DNA of 59,262 nt from Guillardia theta CCMP2712 (lineage: Eukaryota > Protista > Cryptophyta). The notes under the pieces were generated by a model, which did no database searches, was not told the origin of the DNA, and saw nothing but the letters and a program-made list of their open reading frames with translations. Positions 31,177 to 41,652 of the stretch are shown here, in pieces. The DNA lies in contig NW_005434446.1 in assembly GCF_000315625.1 (NCBI RefSeq), positions 1 to 59,262 of the forward strand. The letters are read 5' to 3'. Both the position numbers and the translations under genes were made by a program. Positions within the stretch are counted from its first letter, which is position 1, and every line of letters starts with the position of its first letter.

Positions 31177-34100
31177 ATGCCGTACAACTGCCGTGATTGC
31201 CAGGCAAGGAGCAGCTGCGATGAGATGCTGTTACCTTGAGTGACATGCTTGATGATGGAGATGTTTCCTTTGCTCCCCCGCATCTGATCCTTCCATCATT
31301 CAACTCCTTTCTTGGCGGCTCCTTCACTTCCTCCTAACACTTTTTTTTGACCTTCTGACTTGTGTGTCTCCAGATCGTGATCGAAAATGATACCAACGAC
31401 AGCACAAAATGCGTAATTTGAATAGCTTCCAGTAGGCGTCACCTGACTTTGAGTGTTTTACGTTCTGCCGTGAATTGCAATGTTGTTATTCGGAAGGCGG
31501 TAAGCATCAGTCTGTGCAGCATATGCTCAGGGAATGTTTCGCTGACATTGGTTTTGCTTCTTGTCTGTGTTTGGTGTCGGATGGATGGGTTGCTGGATCG
31601 GATAGGGGGTAAGTATCTTGATCAAAATATGCGGTCAGGGAACGATTAGACTGACATGTACTTTGCAATCTCTGTCGTTGCTGCTCGGACGGATTGAACT
31701 TGGGCCTGGTAGCATGTAAGTTATGATTATGAAATATGCGGTCAGGGGACGATATGGCTGACATGCATCTTGCAAATCTTATCGATTACTGCTCGGATGG
31801 ACTGTCGATGATGCTGGATAGTGGGTGAGTGACGAATATGTACCATGCGATCAGGGAACGATTGGCTGACATTTCGTTTTGCAATCTCTGTTGTTTCTGG
31901 TTGAATGGATGAAATTTGGGCTTGATAGTTTGTAAGTAGCATATGCTATGATGCGGTCAGAGGATGATTGGACTGACATTTTCTTTTGTGTATATGTCGG
32001 TATTTGCTCGAATGTACTGTGGATGGCGCGGTATAGTCGGTAAGTGACGATGATGAAAGATGTGGTCAGGGGATGATTGGACTGACATGTATTTTGCAAA
32101 TTCCTGGTTTTTCCTTGCTTGCATGGATTAAATTCGTCTTCATAGGAAGTAAGTGTCATATCATATGATGCGGTCAGGGAACGATAGACTGACATGTATT
32201 TTGCAAATTCCTGGTTTTTCCTTGCTTGCATGGATTAAATTCACCTTCGTAGCACGTAAGTGTCATATCATAATGATGCGCTCAGGGGACGATAGACTGA
32301 CATGTATTTTGCAAATTCCTGGTTTTTCCTTGCTTGCATGGATAAAATTCGCCTTCGTAGTTCGTAAGTGTCATGTCATATGATGTGCTCAGGGATCGAT
32401 TGGGCTGACATTCTTCGTTTGTTTCTCGGTTTCTCATTGGTTGGGATGTTGATTTGTCCGGACAGTCGGTAAGTGATGATTATGAAACATGCGGTCAGGG
32501 GACGATTTGACTGACATGCAATTTGCAATTTGATCGGTTATTGCTTGGATGGATGAAACTTGGGCCTGATAGTATGTAAGTGACGCTTATGAAACATGCT
32601 CTCAGGGAATAATTGGACTGACGTCTGTTTTGCAAATTCCTGGTTTTTCATTGTTTGCATGGATTAAATTCGTCTTTGTAGAAAGTAAGTGTCATATCAT
32701 ATGATGCGGTCAGGGAAAGATTGGCTGACATGTATTTCTGCAATCATGATGTTTTTTGGCTTGGACGAATTGGTGATGGGACTCGATAGCCGGTAAGTAT
32801 CTTGATTGAAACATGCGGTCAGGGGATGATTGGACTGAATTTGTTTTTCAAAATTCCTGGTTTTTCCTTGTTTCGTTCTTCATAGGGAGTAAGTGTCATA
32901 TCATATGATGTGCTCAGAGAATGATTGGCTGACATGTATTTTGCCATTCGGGTCTTTGCTGGCATGCTCTGCATTGCGGCTGTTTTTTATCTAGTGCTGC
33001 GTTTGCTACTACGACGATGAACCTGAAGATAAAAGGCAAGAACACATGTGCCGGCACTGCAAGGATCGACGTTCCTGCGTGCACAACCTTGAGCAAGATC
33101 TTGTATCGTCAAGACCCAGTAGGCAGGACGCCATCGCCAAGATCGAGAAGGTCCGCGAGCACGTCAACAACGTGGGGAAGCCCTTTGCCGAGAGACTGGA
33201 TCTAGTCAAGTGCCACTACATCTTCGGGATGCAAGAGATAGATACTTCTGCTGTCGAAGGAGTGAAGCAGCTCCTGTCGGGCGGGGAGCTCGGGAGCTGC
33301 TACAACAGAAAGAAGGGCACGCTCAACATGTCTTTGCAGACAGATAGGATGAAACGATATGTGATACGAGATCTGAGGATGAAGAGCCTGCCTCGCTGGA
33401 TCTCCAAGCTCGGCGTCGCTTTCAAAGTCATCGACGTGTCCGGTAACCCCAGCCTCTCCCGCCTTCCCTTGGACGAGCTCTGCAGCATGGCAAAGTCAAG
33501 ATGGTGGAACATGAGACCTAGTCTGCAGGAGGTCAAGTGTGAGAGCTGCGTCAGGCTGCAGCTGCCTCCCCCTGAGATCGCCAGTCAGGGAGGGGCAGCT
33601 GCTTTCACGTACCTGCAGAGTGTCAAGAGAGACAGCGAGGCGAACAAGCGGATCAACCTCATCCTCATAGGCAACGGAGAGGCAGGCAAGACGAGCGTGC
33701 TGAGAGCTCTGAGGTCAGACAAGGACAAGGCGGACAAGATCGAGGTAGACAGAAGGACGATCGGGATAGACCTGCACGAGTGGAAGCCTGAGGACGCTGA
33801 CGGGCTGACGTTTGACGTGATGGACTTCGGGGGGCAGCAGATCTACGCCAAGACGAACCAGTACTTCATCGTGAGGCGGGCCTTGTACCTGCTGGTGTGG
33901 AGCGTGAGGGCGAAGCGAGACAAGGAGAGCAACGAGGATGGAGGGGAAGGCATGGAGGAGCTGAAGAAGATGATCTCTACATGGCTGCAAGCTACGCAAG
34001 CGCGAGTGCCGGGAGCGAGCGTGTTGCTCGTAGTAACGCACATTGATCTTGCCGGGGAGAGCGAGGTGACGGATCAGTGTGAGGAGGTGAAGGCATGTGT

Positions 34101-37098
34101 GGAAGAGGAGCTGAAGAAGATGGCAGAGGAAAACGATGAGAACATCCTGCCGTTACATGTGATCAACGGAGGCGAGAGCTTCCGGGTGAACTGTCTTGAG
34201 GGACAGGGAGTGGAGGAGCTGCGGCGATCTGTGTGTATGACTGCAAAAGAGCTGCTGTGGTGGGAGGAAAGAATCCCTGGACCTTATCTGAGACTGAGAG
34301 AGGCTGTGGAGAAGCGAAAGTCGGGGTCTGTCTCGTACGTCAAGGTAGAGGAGTACAAGGAGATGTTGAGAGAGTCAGGGGTCAACGAGAAAGAGCACAA
34401 GGTGGTGACAAGCTTCTTGCACGACATGGGCGTGCTCAAGTACTTTGGTCATGAGCTGAGTGCCGATGAAAGCAAGAAAGACCAAGGCAAGTACTCCGTC
34501 GAGGACACGGTCTTCATCGATCCCGTGTGGATGATCGACGTGTTCAAGGGCGTGATGCGACATGACTGGGAGCATCTGCTCGACTTCTTCCAGCTGGACC
34601 CAACCAAGTCCAAGAAGACGAAGAAGCTGCTGCACCTGGGTATCATAGACGAGGACATGTTGGAGTACTTGTGGCCCCAGCAAGGTAGGGACTTCTGGCG
34701 CAATGCGAAGACAGACAAGACATCAAGATCGAAAGAGGTAGGCTTTATCAAGAGCCATGTGGAGGTGCAGGAGGCGGTGGCTCTGCTTCGGGGCTGCGAT
34801 CTGGCGCACTTCCTGAGCGTGGGCATGAAGGACTTGAAGGATACAGACAACAAGAGCAGAGAGCTGCTGTGTCCCGGCATCATCCCGCCGTTCACGCATG
34901 AGCACAAGCGAGCAGTGACGGACAAGGACAAGCAGTCTCTGTGCGCATCTGTCGAGTGCGAGTACAACATCTTCCCCGCAGGCTTCATCGACAGGCTGGT
35001 CGTGCTGTGCGCTGCTCGACACTTTGAGGTAGACTGCAGCGGCTCTATGGCGGTGATGAAGGGCTGGGGCCGAACGCTGCTGGTGAGATGGCGAGAAGAC
35101 AATGACAAGCACGTGCTGAGAGCTGATGCGTCGACGAGGCAGCAGATCGAGAACTTGCAAGAGGACTTGAGGCGACTCGAGGCATTCTTCCCGGGGATGA
35201 AGCGAAGGAGAAGCGACGAAGAGAGCTCAGGCAAACAGGCCGTGCAGGTAGGGATCTTCACGCAAGGAGAGAGGTCAAGAGCATGTGGGCTGGATATTGA
35301 AAGAAAGTTGAAGGAGCTTTACAAGGCAGAGAACCTCCCTCTAGGTCTTACTTGTCAGATTCATCCGTGTGACGAACGTGGAGGTGCTGTTGATGAATGT
35401 CTCGTGAACATCTTGTGTATATCGACGGAGTGTGTTGATGAGCATGGAGCCATGCAAGGAGAAAGTAGCTTCAGCAAGCTATGGAACAGATTGACAACGA
35501 GCAAAGCAATTATCATCCCCGTCGTATTGACAGACTACTACGACAAGCAGATCAAGCCGAGGAACAGGTTCAACCATTGGTGGCCGCAGGAGATACAAGG
35601 GATGGAGCGATACCGGATCTTTCACGAGTACAAGAAGCAAGATGAAGTATCGAATGATGAATTATCGAAAGACAAAGTATCCGTATATGAAAAATCTATG
35701 CAAACATTGTACGACGGCGTCATCAAGAAGCTGCATCAGGGACGAGGAAGCTTCGAAGACTTGTACGAGGTCACCAGTCAGAACGAGCTTCTGTGCCAAG
35801 CTTGCTTGCATGATAGGTCTGAGTCTCCACCTGCCTCACAAGGCGATCGAGTCGTGGGCAGGTTTGATTTGTCGAAGATCAAGGAAGCGCTAGAAGGAGA
35901 AACCAAGGGTATGACGACATCCATTCAGCAAGGGTTGGAGCAAGAAGATGTCATAAAACACAAGATTATGATCAAAGCAATCACTTGCACAAGGGGTCAT
36001 ACGACAACCGTGAAGGAGGTGCTGGCGTTCAATGGCTCGAGCTCCCCGTGTCCGTCTTGCTTGAAGGACAAGAGAGTCCCGCACTTCTTCAGCCGACCCA
36101 CGTGCTTGAGCATGCTCGCTCGTGACCTGACGGCTAAGATTTACTGCGATCAATGTCAGAGGGAGGTGGACGTGCTGGACGTCACGCCGCCGCAGGTGTT
36201 CTTGAGCTACCAGTGGGGGCACGACAACTCGACGCAGAAGATGGTGAGGGATGTGAAGCGGGGGATCGAGGAGCAGACGAGCCTGCAGTGCTGGTTCGAC
36301 GTGGAGGGAGGGATCAACCCCGGGGAAGATCACATGCAGAAGATGGAGCAGGGAGTGTCTCGCTGCGAGGTGTTTGTGGTCTTTATGAGCGACAAGTACG
36401 TCAAGAGCGCCAACTGCAGGAGGGAGTTTGCTCGGGCGTGTGAGGCAGGGAAGTACATCATCCCTGTGCTGGTGCCGGTGCTGTTTCAAGAAGACAAGGC
36501 GAAGTCAGAGTCAGGCTGGAAGGGCGGCAACGGGGATGAAGACTGGTGGAAGAGGATCGCTGATATCGAGGGAAGCGAAGGAGCTGGGCAAGAGGTCAAG
36601 GTCGACTGGAAGTATCTCGCGTCATTCCCGAGGACTTTGAGGCTTCAAGCTGAGGTGCAAGGAGCAGAGGTGCGGGTGAGGGCAGGGCTGAAGGAGCTGG
36701 TGGCGGCTGTGCAGGCACGAGTTTACAGGGGAAGCGTGGTCTGGCACGAAACCATCGCAGACTCTTGTTCTAAGACACCTGAGAAGAAGGGACAGGTACA
36801 CGGAGATCGTGAACTGGGGAGCTCGCGGGGGGAGGAGGTAGATCGTAGGAAGAAAGAGCAGCTGGTAGAAGGGCTGGGAACAAAGGAGGCACTAGGCTCT
36901 GGGGGCGCACAAGAGGCGGAGCTTGCGGAGGCAAGGAGGGAGGCGGAGCGGGCAGAGACCTCGGGCACCAAGGGTCAGGGAGAGAGGAAGAGCTGGGAAA
37001 GCGCTGCTAGGGGAGGTGAGGGTGAGATTGACAAGAGGAGTCTCCAAGGGCGTCAGAGGGAGACGGTGAAGACCTCAGCTTGTTGTGTCGTGAGTTAG
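31177..37098 (+). CDS. ROCO protein: Cys/His-rich N-terminus, short LRR, Roc GTPase, COR, Zn motifs, TIR, CaaX; predicted ~1403 aa (exons 31177-31203, 31374-31412, 14 microexons, 32995-37098)
   Basis: IDVSGNPSLSRLP...PPPEIASQG; GNGEAGKTS; TIGID; DFGGQ; VVTHID; COR FLHDMG...VFIDPVW; TIR VFLSYQWG...CWFD...CRREF; ends CCVVS. The 5' exon model comes from splice signals and phase only. Confidence 0.88.
31497..32888 (+). other. Array of 14 three-nucleotide microexons separated by homologous ~93-106-nt introns
   Basis: AG-NNN-GTRAG at 31497, 31606, 31713, 31822, 31929, 32037, 32146, 32253, 32361, 32466, 32573, 32682, 32790 and 32886, with a CTGAC-type branch motif in every intron. Confidence 0.85.
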
Positions 37099-37186
37099 TC
37101 AGACGACCATGCTGATGGGACGTTAGGTAGCGGTTACAGCTTGATAAACATAGTGCGAAGCAGAAGCCTCTTGTCTGACGACTACC

Positions 37187-37490
37187 CTGATGTGCTTGAG
37201 CAGAGGACGACTCTGATGTGCTCGAGTCGAGCAGAGGACGACTCTGATGTGCTTGAGCAGAGGACGACTCTCATGTGCTTGAGCAGAGGACGACTCTCAT
37301 GTGCTTGAGCAGAGGACGACTCTGATGTGCTTGAGCAGAGGTCGACTCTGATGTGCTTGAGCAGAGGACGACTCTGATGTGCTTGAGCAGAGGACGACTC
37401 TCATGTGCTTGAGCAGAGGACGACTCTGATGTGCTTGAGCAGAGGACGACTCTCATGTGCTTGAGCAGAGGTCGACTCTGATGTGCTTGA
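37187..37490. repeat. 26-bp minisatellite GAGCAGAGGACGACTCTSATGTGCTT (~11 copies)
   Basis: Directly visible, with no unique spacers. Confidence 0.93.
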
Positions 37491-38017
37491 TCTCTCCTCG
37501 CAGTCGCTAAGTCGAGGACAGTGTTTCCAAGAAACACAAGAATCAGAGTAACTCACACAACAAGAGTCGGCAAAGCAAGAGGAGATCGGATCGAGAGAAA
37601 GAGAAATGAGGACGGTCAGCGATAGTGGAACAGCAATAGCTGAGTTGTCGTGCTTGTCTCCTTGTCTTTCTCCTCTTGTCCTGTGTTTTCATCACAGCCC
37701 GAGGCCTGCGAGCTTAGCTTATATGGTGTTCATCTGCCAGCACTGTCACCTCACCCGAGACGTGAGAGGAGGGGAGGGAGGCAGGGAGGCAGGGAGGCAG
37801 GAAACAGGAGAAACAAAGGGAGGGAGGAGAGGGAAAGGCAGGAAGGGAAAGCAAGGAGGGAGGGAGGGGAGGTAGGAGGAAGGAGGAGGGAGGGAGGGAG
37901 GGGACGTGGGAGGAAGGGAGGGGGGTACGGGTGTACAGACCTTGATGTCAAGTTTCTTCTGCATGGAGGACGAGGACCAGGCAGAAGTAGCAGGAGAGAA
38001 GGAGGAGGAAGAGGAAA

Positions 38018-38088
<71 letters not shown>

Positions 38089-38304
38089 CAGGAAGGAACG
38101 GGAAAAAGAAATGCAAGTACAAAGCAGGAGGAGATTTCGATGCTGGAAGACCCTTTTGGTAGGAAGAGGGGTTGGAGAAACGGGATTCGGAGTACAAGGG
38201 AGGAGGAGAAGGAGAAAAATAGAACGACGCAACAAAGGATGGTGTAAGAGGTATACCTTGGCAACCCTTGCTTCTGATGATTCTTCCTCCTCCTACATTG
38301 ACCC

Positions 38305-38922
38305 TCAAACTCTGTTCGTCAGCCCCACCTCTCCACCTTCTTCTTCTCCTTCGCCTCCTTGTATCTGCATCACAGCATCCTCATTTGGGGGAGAGCCAAG
38401 GTGAAGTCGGAAGGTGGAGCAGGAGCAGGAGCTGTGTTGACGAAGAGGCAAGTGGAAAACTGATCCTTCTCCTGCTGTCTGCTCAACCATCTCTTGAAGT
38501 GCAAGCAAGAACCTCACCTGATCCCTTGTGTTTGCAAACCTGTACAACCTGTAATCCTTCACTCGAGCATAACCACGACACCTACAATATGGAGAGCTCT
38601 TTGATCGTCGGGAATGCCTTTGACTGGGTCGCTGTTGTGCGGTATCACTAGCATTCCCATTTGGCGGTTGCCTAGAATCTGCATCATTCTTTTTCTCACG
38701 CTTCTTCTTCAAAGTGAACATGAAGGTCTTGACATTGATCTTGTGCTGAGTGAAATGGTCCACGTTTTCTTCATGCGACTTGATCTGATCCAGCAACGTC
38801 CTCGTGTCAGCTTCCTTGAGAACTTTATCGATCCCGCCTTGAGCTACGAGTTCCCCATGTGTTGGAACTATCCACTGCATCACAAGCTCCTCCTCCCGTG
38901 AAGCTCTCCTGGTCGCCTCCAT
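38305..38922 (-). CDS. Hypothetical protein or fragment
   Basis: ATG-initiated ORF whose first ~90 aa look protein-like; no recognised motif. Confidence 0.35.
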   Translation of the reverse strand: MEATRRASREEELVMQWIVPTHGELVAQGGIDKVLKEADTRTLLDQIKSHEENVDHFTQHKINVKTFMFTLKKKREKKNDADSRQPPNGNASDTAQQRPSQRHSRRSKSSPYCRCRGYARVKDYRLYRFANTRDQVRFLLALQEMVEQTAGEGSVFHLPLRQHSSCSCSTFRLHLGSPPNEDAVMQIQGGEGEEEGGEVGLTNRV

Positions 38923-39381
38923 TTCCTCTCTCGCAGAGTAGGCCTAGTTCAACCCATGTTGGAGCACAAGGCTAGAGGGTTAAATGACATGTGAATTATG
39001 GATGCATGCTTCTGTCACTTCAGCAGAACTCCCTGCGAGCGAGCTTGTCCTATCCGTATCTCTATCCTTCCGCAAGCTCCTGCCTCTCGCCCTGGATGCT
39101 GCTCTCTCCCGGTCTTCTTCCGAGGCTTCACCCCCATCGGGTGATCGCCCTTCCCTGCCTATCGTCTACTAGCCTCGACCCCTGTCGGGTTCTCATACGC
39201 GGCATTTATTCATGTTACGGCCCACGGCAATACAAACTGCACAACTGAGGTCCGACCTGTCCTGTACTATCCCAGAGATCATCAACCCGCAGGCTTGCGA
39301 TGCCATGCGGCTAAGACCGAGGACATGACGAAAAGAAGGCTGAGCATCACATTGAATTTGAAGCTCCCCTTGGAGTCGAGC

Positions 39382-40260
39382 TCATCCCTCTGGCCGGCGG
39401 TGAGCTGCCTCGGACTGACCGATGTTTGTCACGTTTGAGCCTGTTGGTTTGTTCTTGCTTCTTTGTCGCCTGGCTGTCTGGGTTGATGATGGTACTTTCT
39501 TCGCCTCTCGTGCAGTACGTGGAGCTTTTGGCTCTACATATGGAACATAGCACAGGTACACAGGTATCTCTGCCGAGTCACAAATCATCAGGCCACCATC
39601 ACGTGCATCAGTAAAGAACTGGGTCGCTACGCGACCAGCATCGTCAAACTGCTCTCGAGTGCCATTGAAGAATATTCCCATGGCTACAATCCTGGTATCC
39701 TTTCCTAACATGTCAGCTTTGACACTGAATGCTACGGACATATGGTAGATGACATGGAAGAGCTTCTCTGGGTCTTTGCAGAACTCAAAGTATATGTACT
39801 CTCCTCTCTGCATGTTGACTTCGGAGAAAGCTTGTTGGCATGTCCCAACACAGTATATATCTTTCTCTGGGTCTTGAATGAGATCCTTGAAGTATGTCCC
39901 GAGACGCATGTCATTCTCCTTCAAGGCAAGACACATTCCCAAGCTCAGCACATTCCCGGTCTTGTACTTCCTCGCCTGCTCTGATCCAATCAGCTGGTAC
40001 TTTGTCACTTGTTGATTGTTGTTGTAATCAGAGATCCTGGACAACACATGTCTTGACCTTGGACTAGCAAGCGCTATCCATGCTTGCATTTCGTGGTTGT
40101 TTGTGCTGAACGGATCCTCGGTAAGCGAGGGGTGAGCAAAAAAAAAAAGAAGCGCGGGAGACCTTGTTGGGATAAGCGTTGGTTTGCATTTACCCGCGCG
40201 GTTTGATTTAGAGACTGTAGGTGGGTAGGATTTGAAAAATGAGGGGAGGGTTTGGCACAT
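39382..40260 (-). CDS. Hypothetical protein (probable start ~40089)
   Basis: ~230 codons of complex, globular-looking sequence; no recognised motif. Confidence 0.5.
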   Translation of the reverse strand: MCQTLPSFFKSYPPTVSKSNRAGKCKPTLIPTRSPALLFFFAHPSLTEDPFSTNNHEMQAWIALASPRSRHVLSRISDYNNNQQVTKYQLIGSEQARKYKTGNVLSLGMCLALKENDMRLGTYFKDLIQDPEKDIYCVGTCQQAFSEVNMQRGEYIYFEFCKDPEKLFHVIYHMSVAFSVKADMLGKDTRIVAMGIFFNGTREQFDDAGRVATQFFTDARDGGLMICDSAEIPVYLCYVPYVEPKAPRTAREAKKVPSSTQTARRQRSKNKPTGSNVTNIGQSEAAHRRPEG

Positions 40261-40519
40261 CTCGATCAGATTTCAGCCTCGCCGCCTGCGGTAGGGAACG
40301 TTTAGGCAGAAGAAGGATGTTTCTAGGACAAGTAGCTTCGATTTGAATTTAGGCGAGATCTGAGAGGACGCATCAAAAACAACTTAAATGTATAGGAGAC
40401 ACCAGTTACGGAATCCCACTAAATCTTACACCTCTAATACTTAATTTGTTTTTTGGAACTGTTGATAAGTTGATCTTCCGTATCTTTGGCAAGCTATGCA
40501 CATGTCAACTGCGATTGGC

Positions 40520-40713
40520 ATGTTGAGCAATGCCTGACCTCCAATAACATGTTTAGTTGTCATGTTAGCAATGCCTGACCTCCAATAACATGTTTAGTTG
40601 TCATGTTAGCAATGCCTGACCTCCAATAACATGTTTAGTCATGTTAGCAATGCCTGACCTCCAATAACATGTTTAGTCATCAAGTTAGCAATGCCTGACC
40701 TCCAATAACATGT
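40520..40713. repeat. ~5 x 38-44-bp tandem repeat AGCAATGCCTGACCTCCAATAACATG...
   Basis: Directly visible. Confidence 0.9.
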
Positions 40714-41394
40714 AACTTGACAAGATCTAATGACATTCCCATACTTTCTATCGTCAGACGTCGTGCCCATGATCCTGTGTCTGAGTCACGACCAGCATGT
40801 CGAACCAATCTTGTTGCGATCATACCGTGACATCAAGTTGCTTGATCGTGCAAAGCTCCTCAATCTGTGATTCCATGATATGATCAAGTATCTCCATGGG
40901 GCTTTCGTCTTTACTTAATGAATGACACCTTGCACACCTAAAAAAAGCTAGATGCTGAATATAGTATCCTTCAACCTCTGATGTTGACATTAAAGATTCC
41001 GTATACCGTACAAGCGCTTCATACCCTTTCTTCCTAAAAACTTAATTCCCGGCAGGATCCTTCTCGGAATGAACTTCGGAAAAACGTGGCACTGTTAGCG
41101 GGTTAGGAAACTTTGATCTTCTAATAAAGTTCGCCCGGAGCGAATGCTTCTCGACAAGAAGACGTGCATGAGTCTAGGATACAAGGATACACTTGTTGCA
41201 CCCTAACGGTTTCGTGCCTTTTAAAAGTTCAGCTCTACGGCATGGACGACTTGCGCGCTCAATCCTGAGGCGGGCTCTGAAAATCCCGCAGTCAGCCCCC
41301 ACATGGCAGAACAAGCACTGCTCCTGCGCCTGCGCCTGCGCTTGCTCCAGCACCAGCACCAGCACCAGCACCAGCACCAGCACCAGCACCAGCA

Positions 41395-41430
<36 letters not shown>

Positions 41431-41437
41431 GCTGCTT

Positions 41438-41483
<46 letters not shown>

Positions 41484-41490
41484 ACCTGCA

Positions 41491-41524
<34 letters not shown>

Positions 41525-41652
41525 AGCCAGCTCTTACGGCTTCTTCTGCTCTTCTTCTGTCCATCATTCTGAGTGATGATCTGATCGCGGCATCACTTGA
41601 CTTGTGTGGCAGCGAATACCACAAGCTTACCTTATCCCCGCGAGCGGGCACG

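Noticed and set aside
31500-32940. The ~108-bp repeat as a CRISPR array, plain satellite or spliced-leader RNA gene array
   Set aside because: The context is eukaryotic with no cas genes, and the 'spacers' are mutually homologous. An SL array needs a conserved leader before the donor, but here the conserved feature is AG exactly 3 nt before each GT.
37187-37490. 26-bp repeat as CRISPR
   Set aside because: Units are contiguous, with no unique spacers.
38019-41525. (GAGCAG)n at ~38020 and (CTGCTC)n at ~41400 as terminal inverted repeats
   Set aside because: This is a common microsatellite; there is no flanking homology, TSD or transposase.
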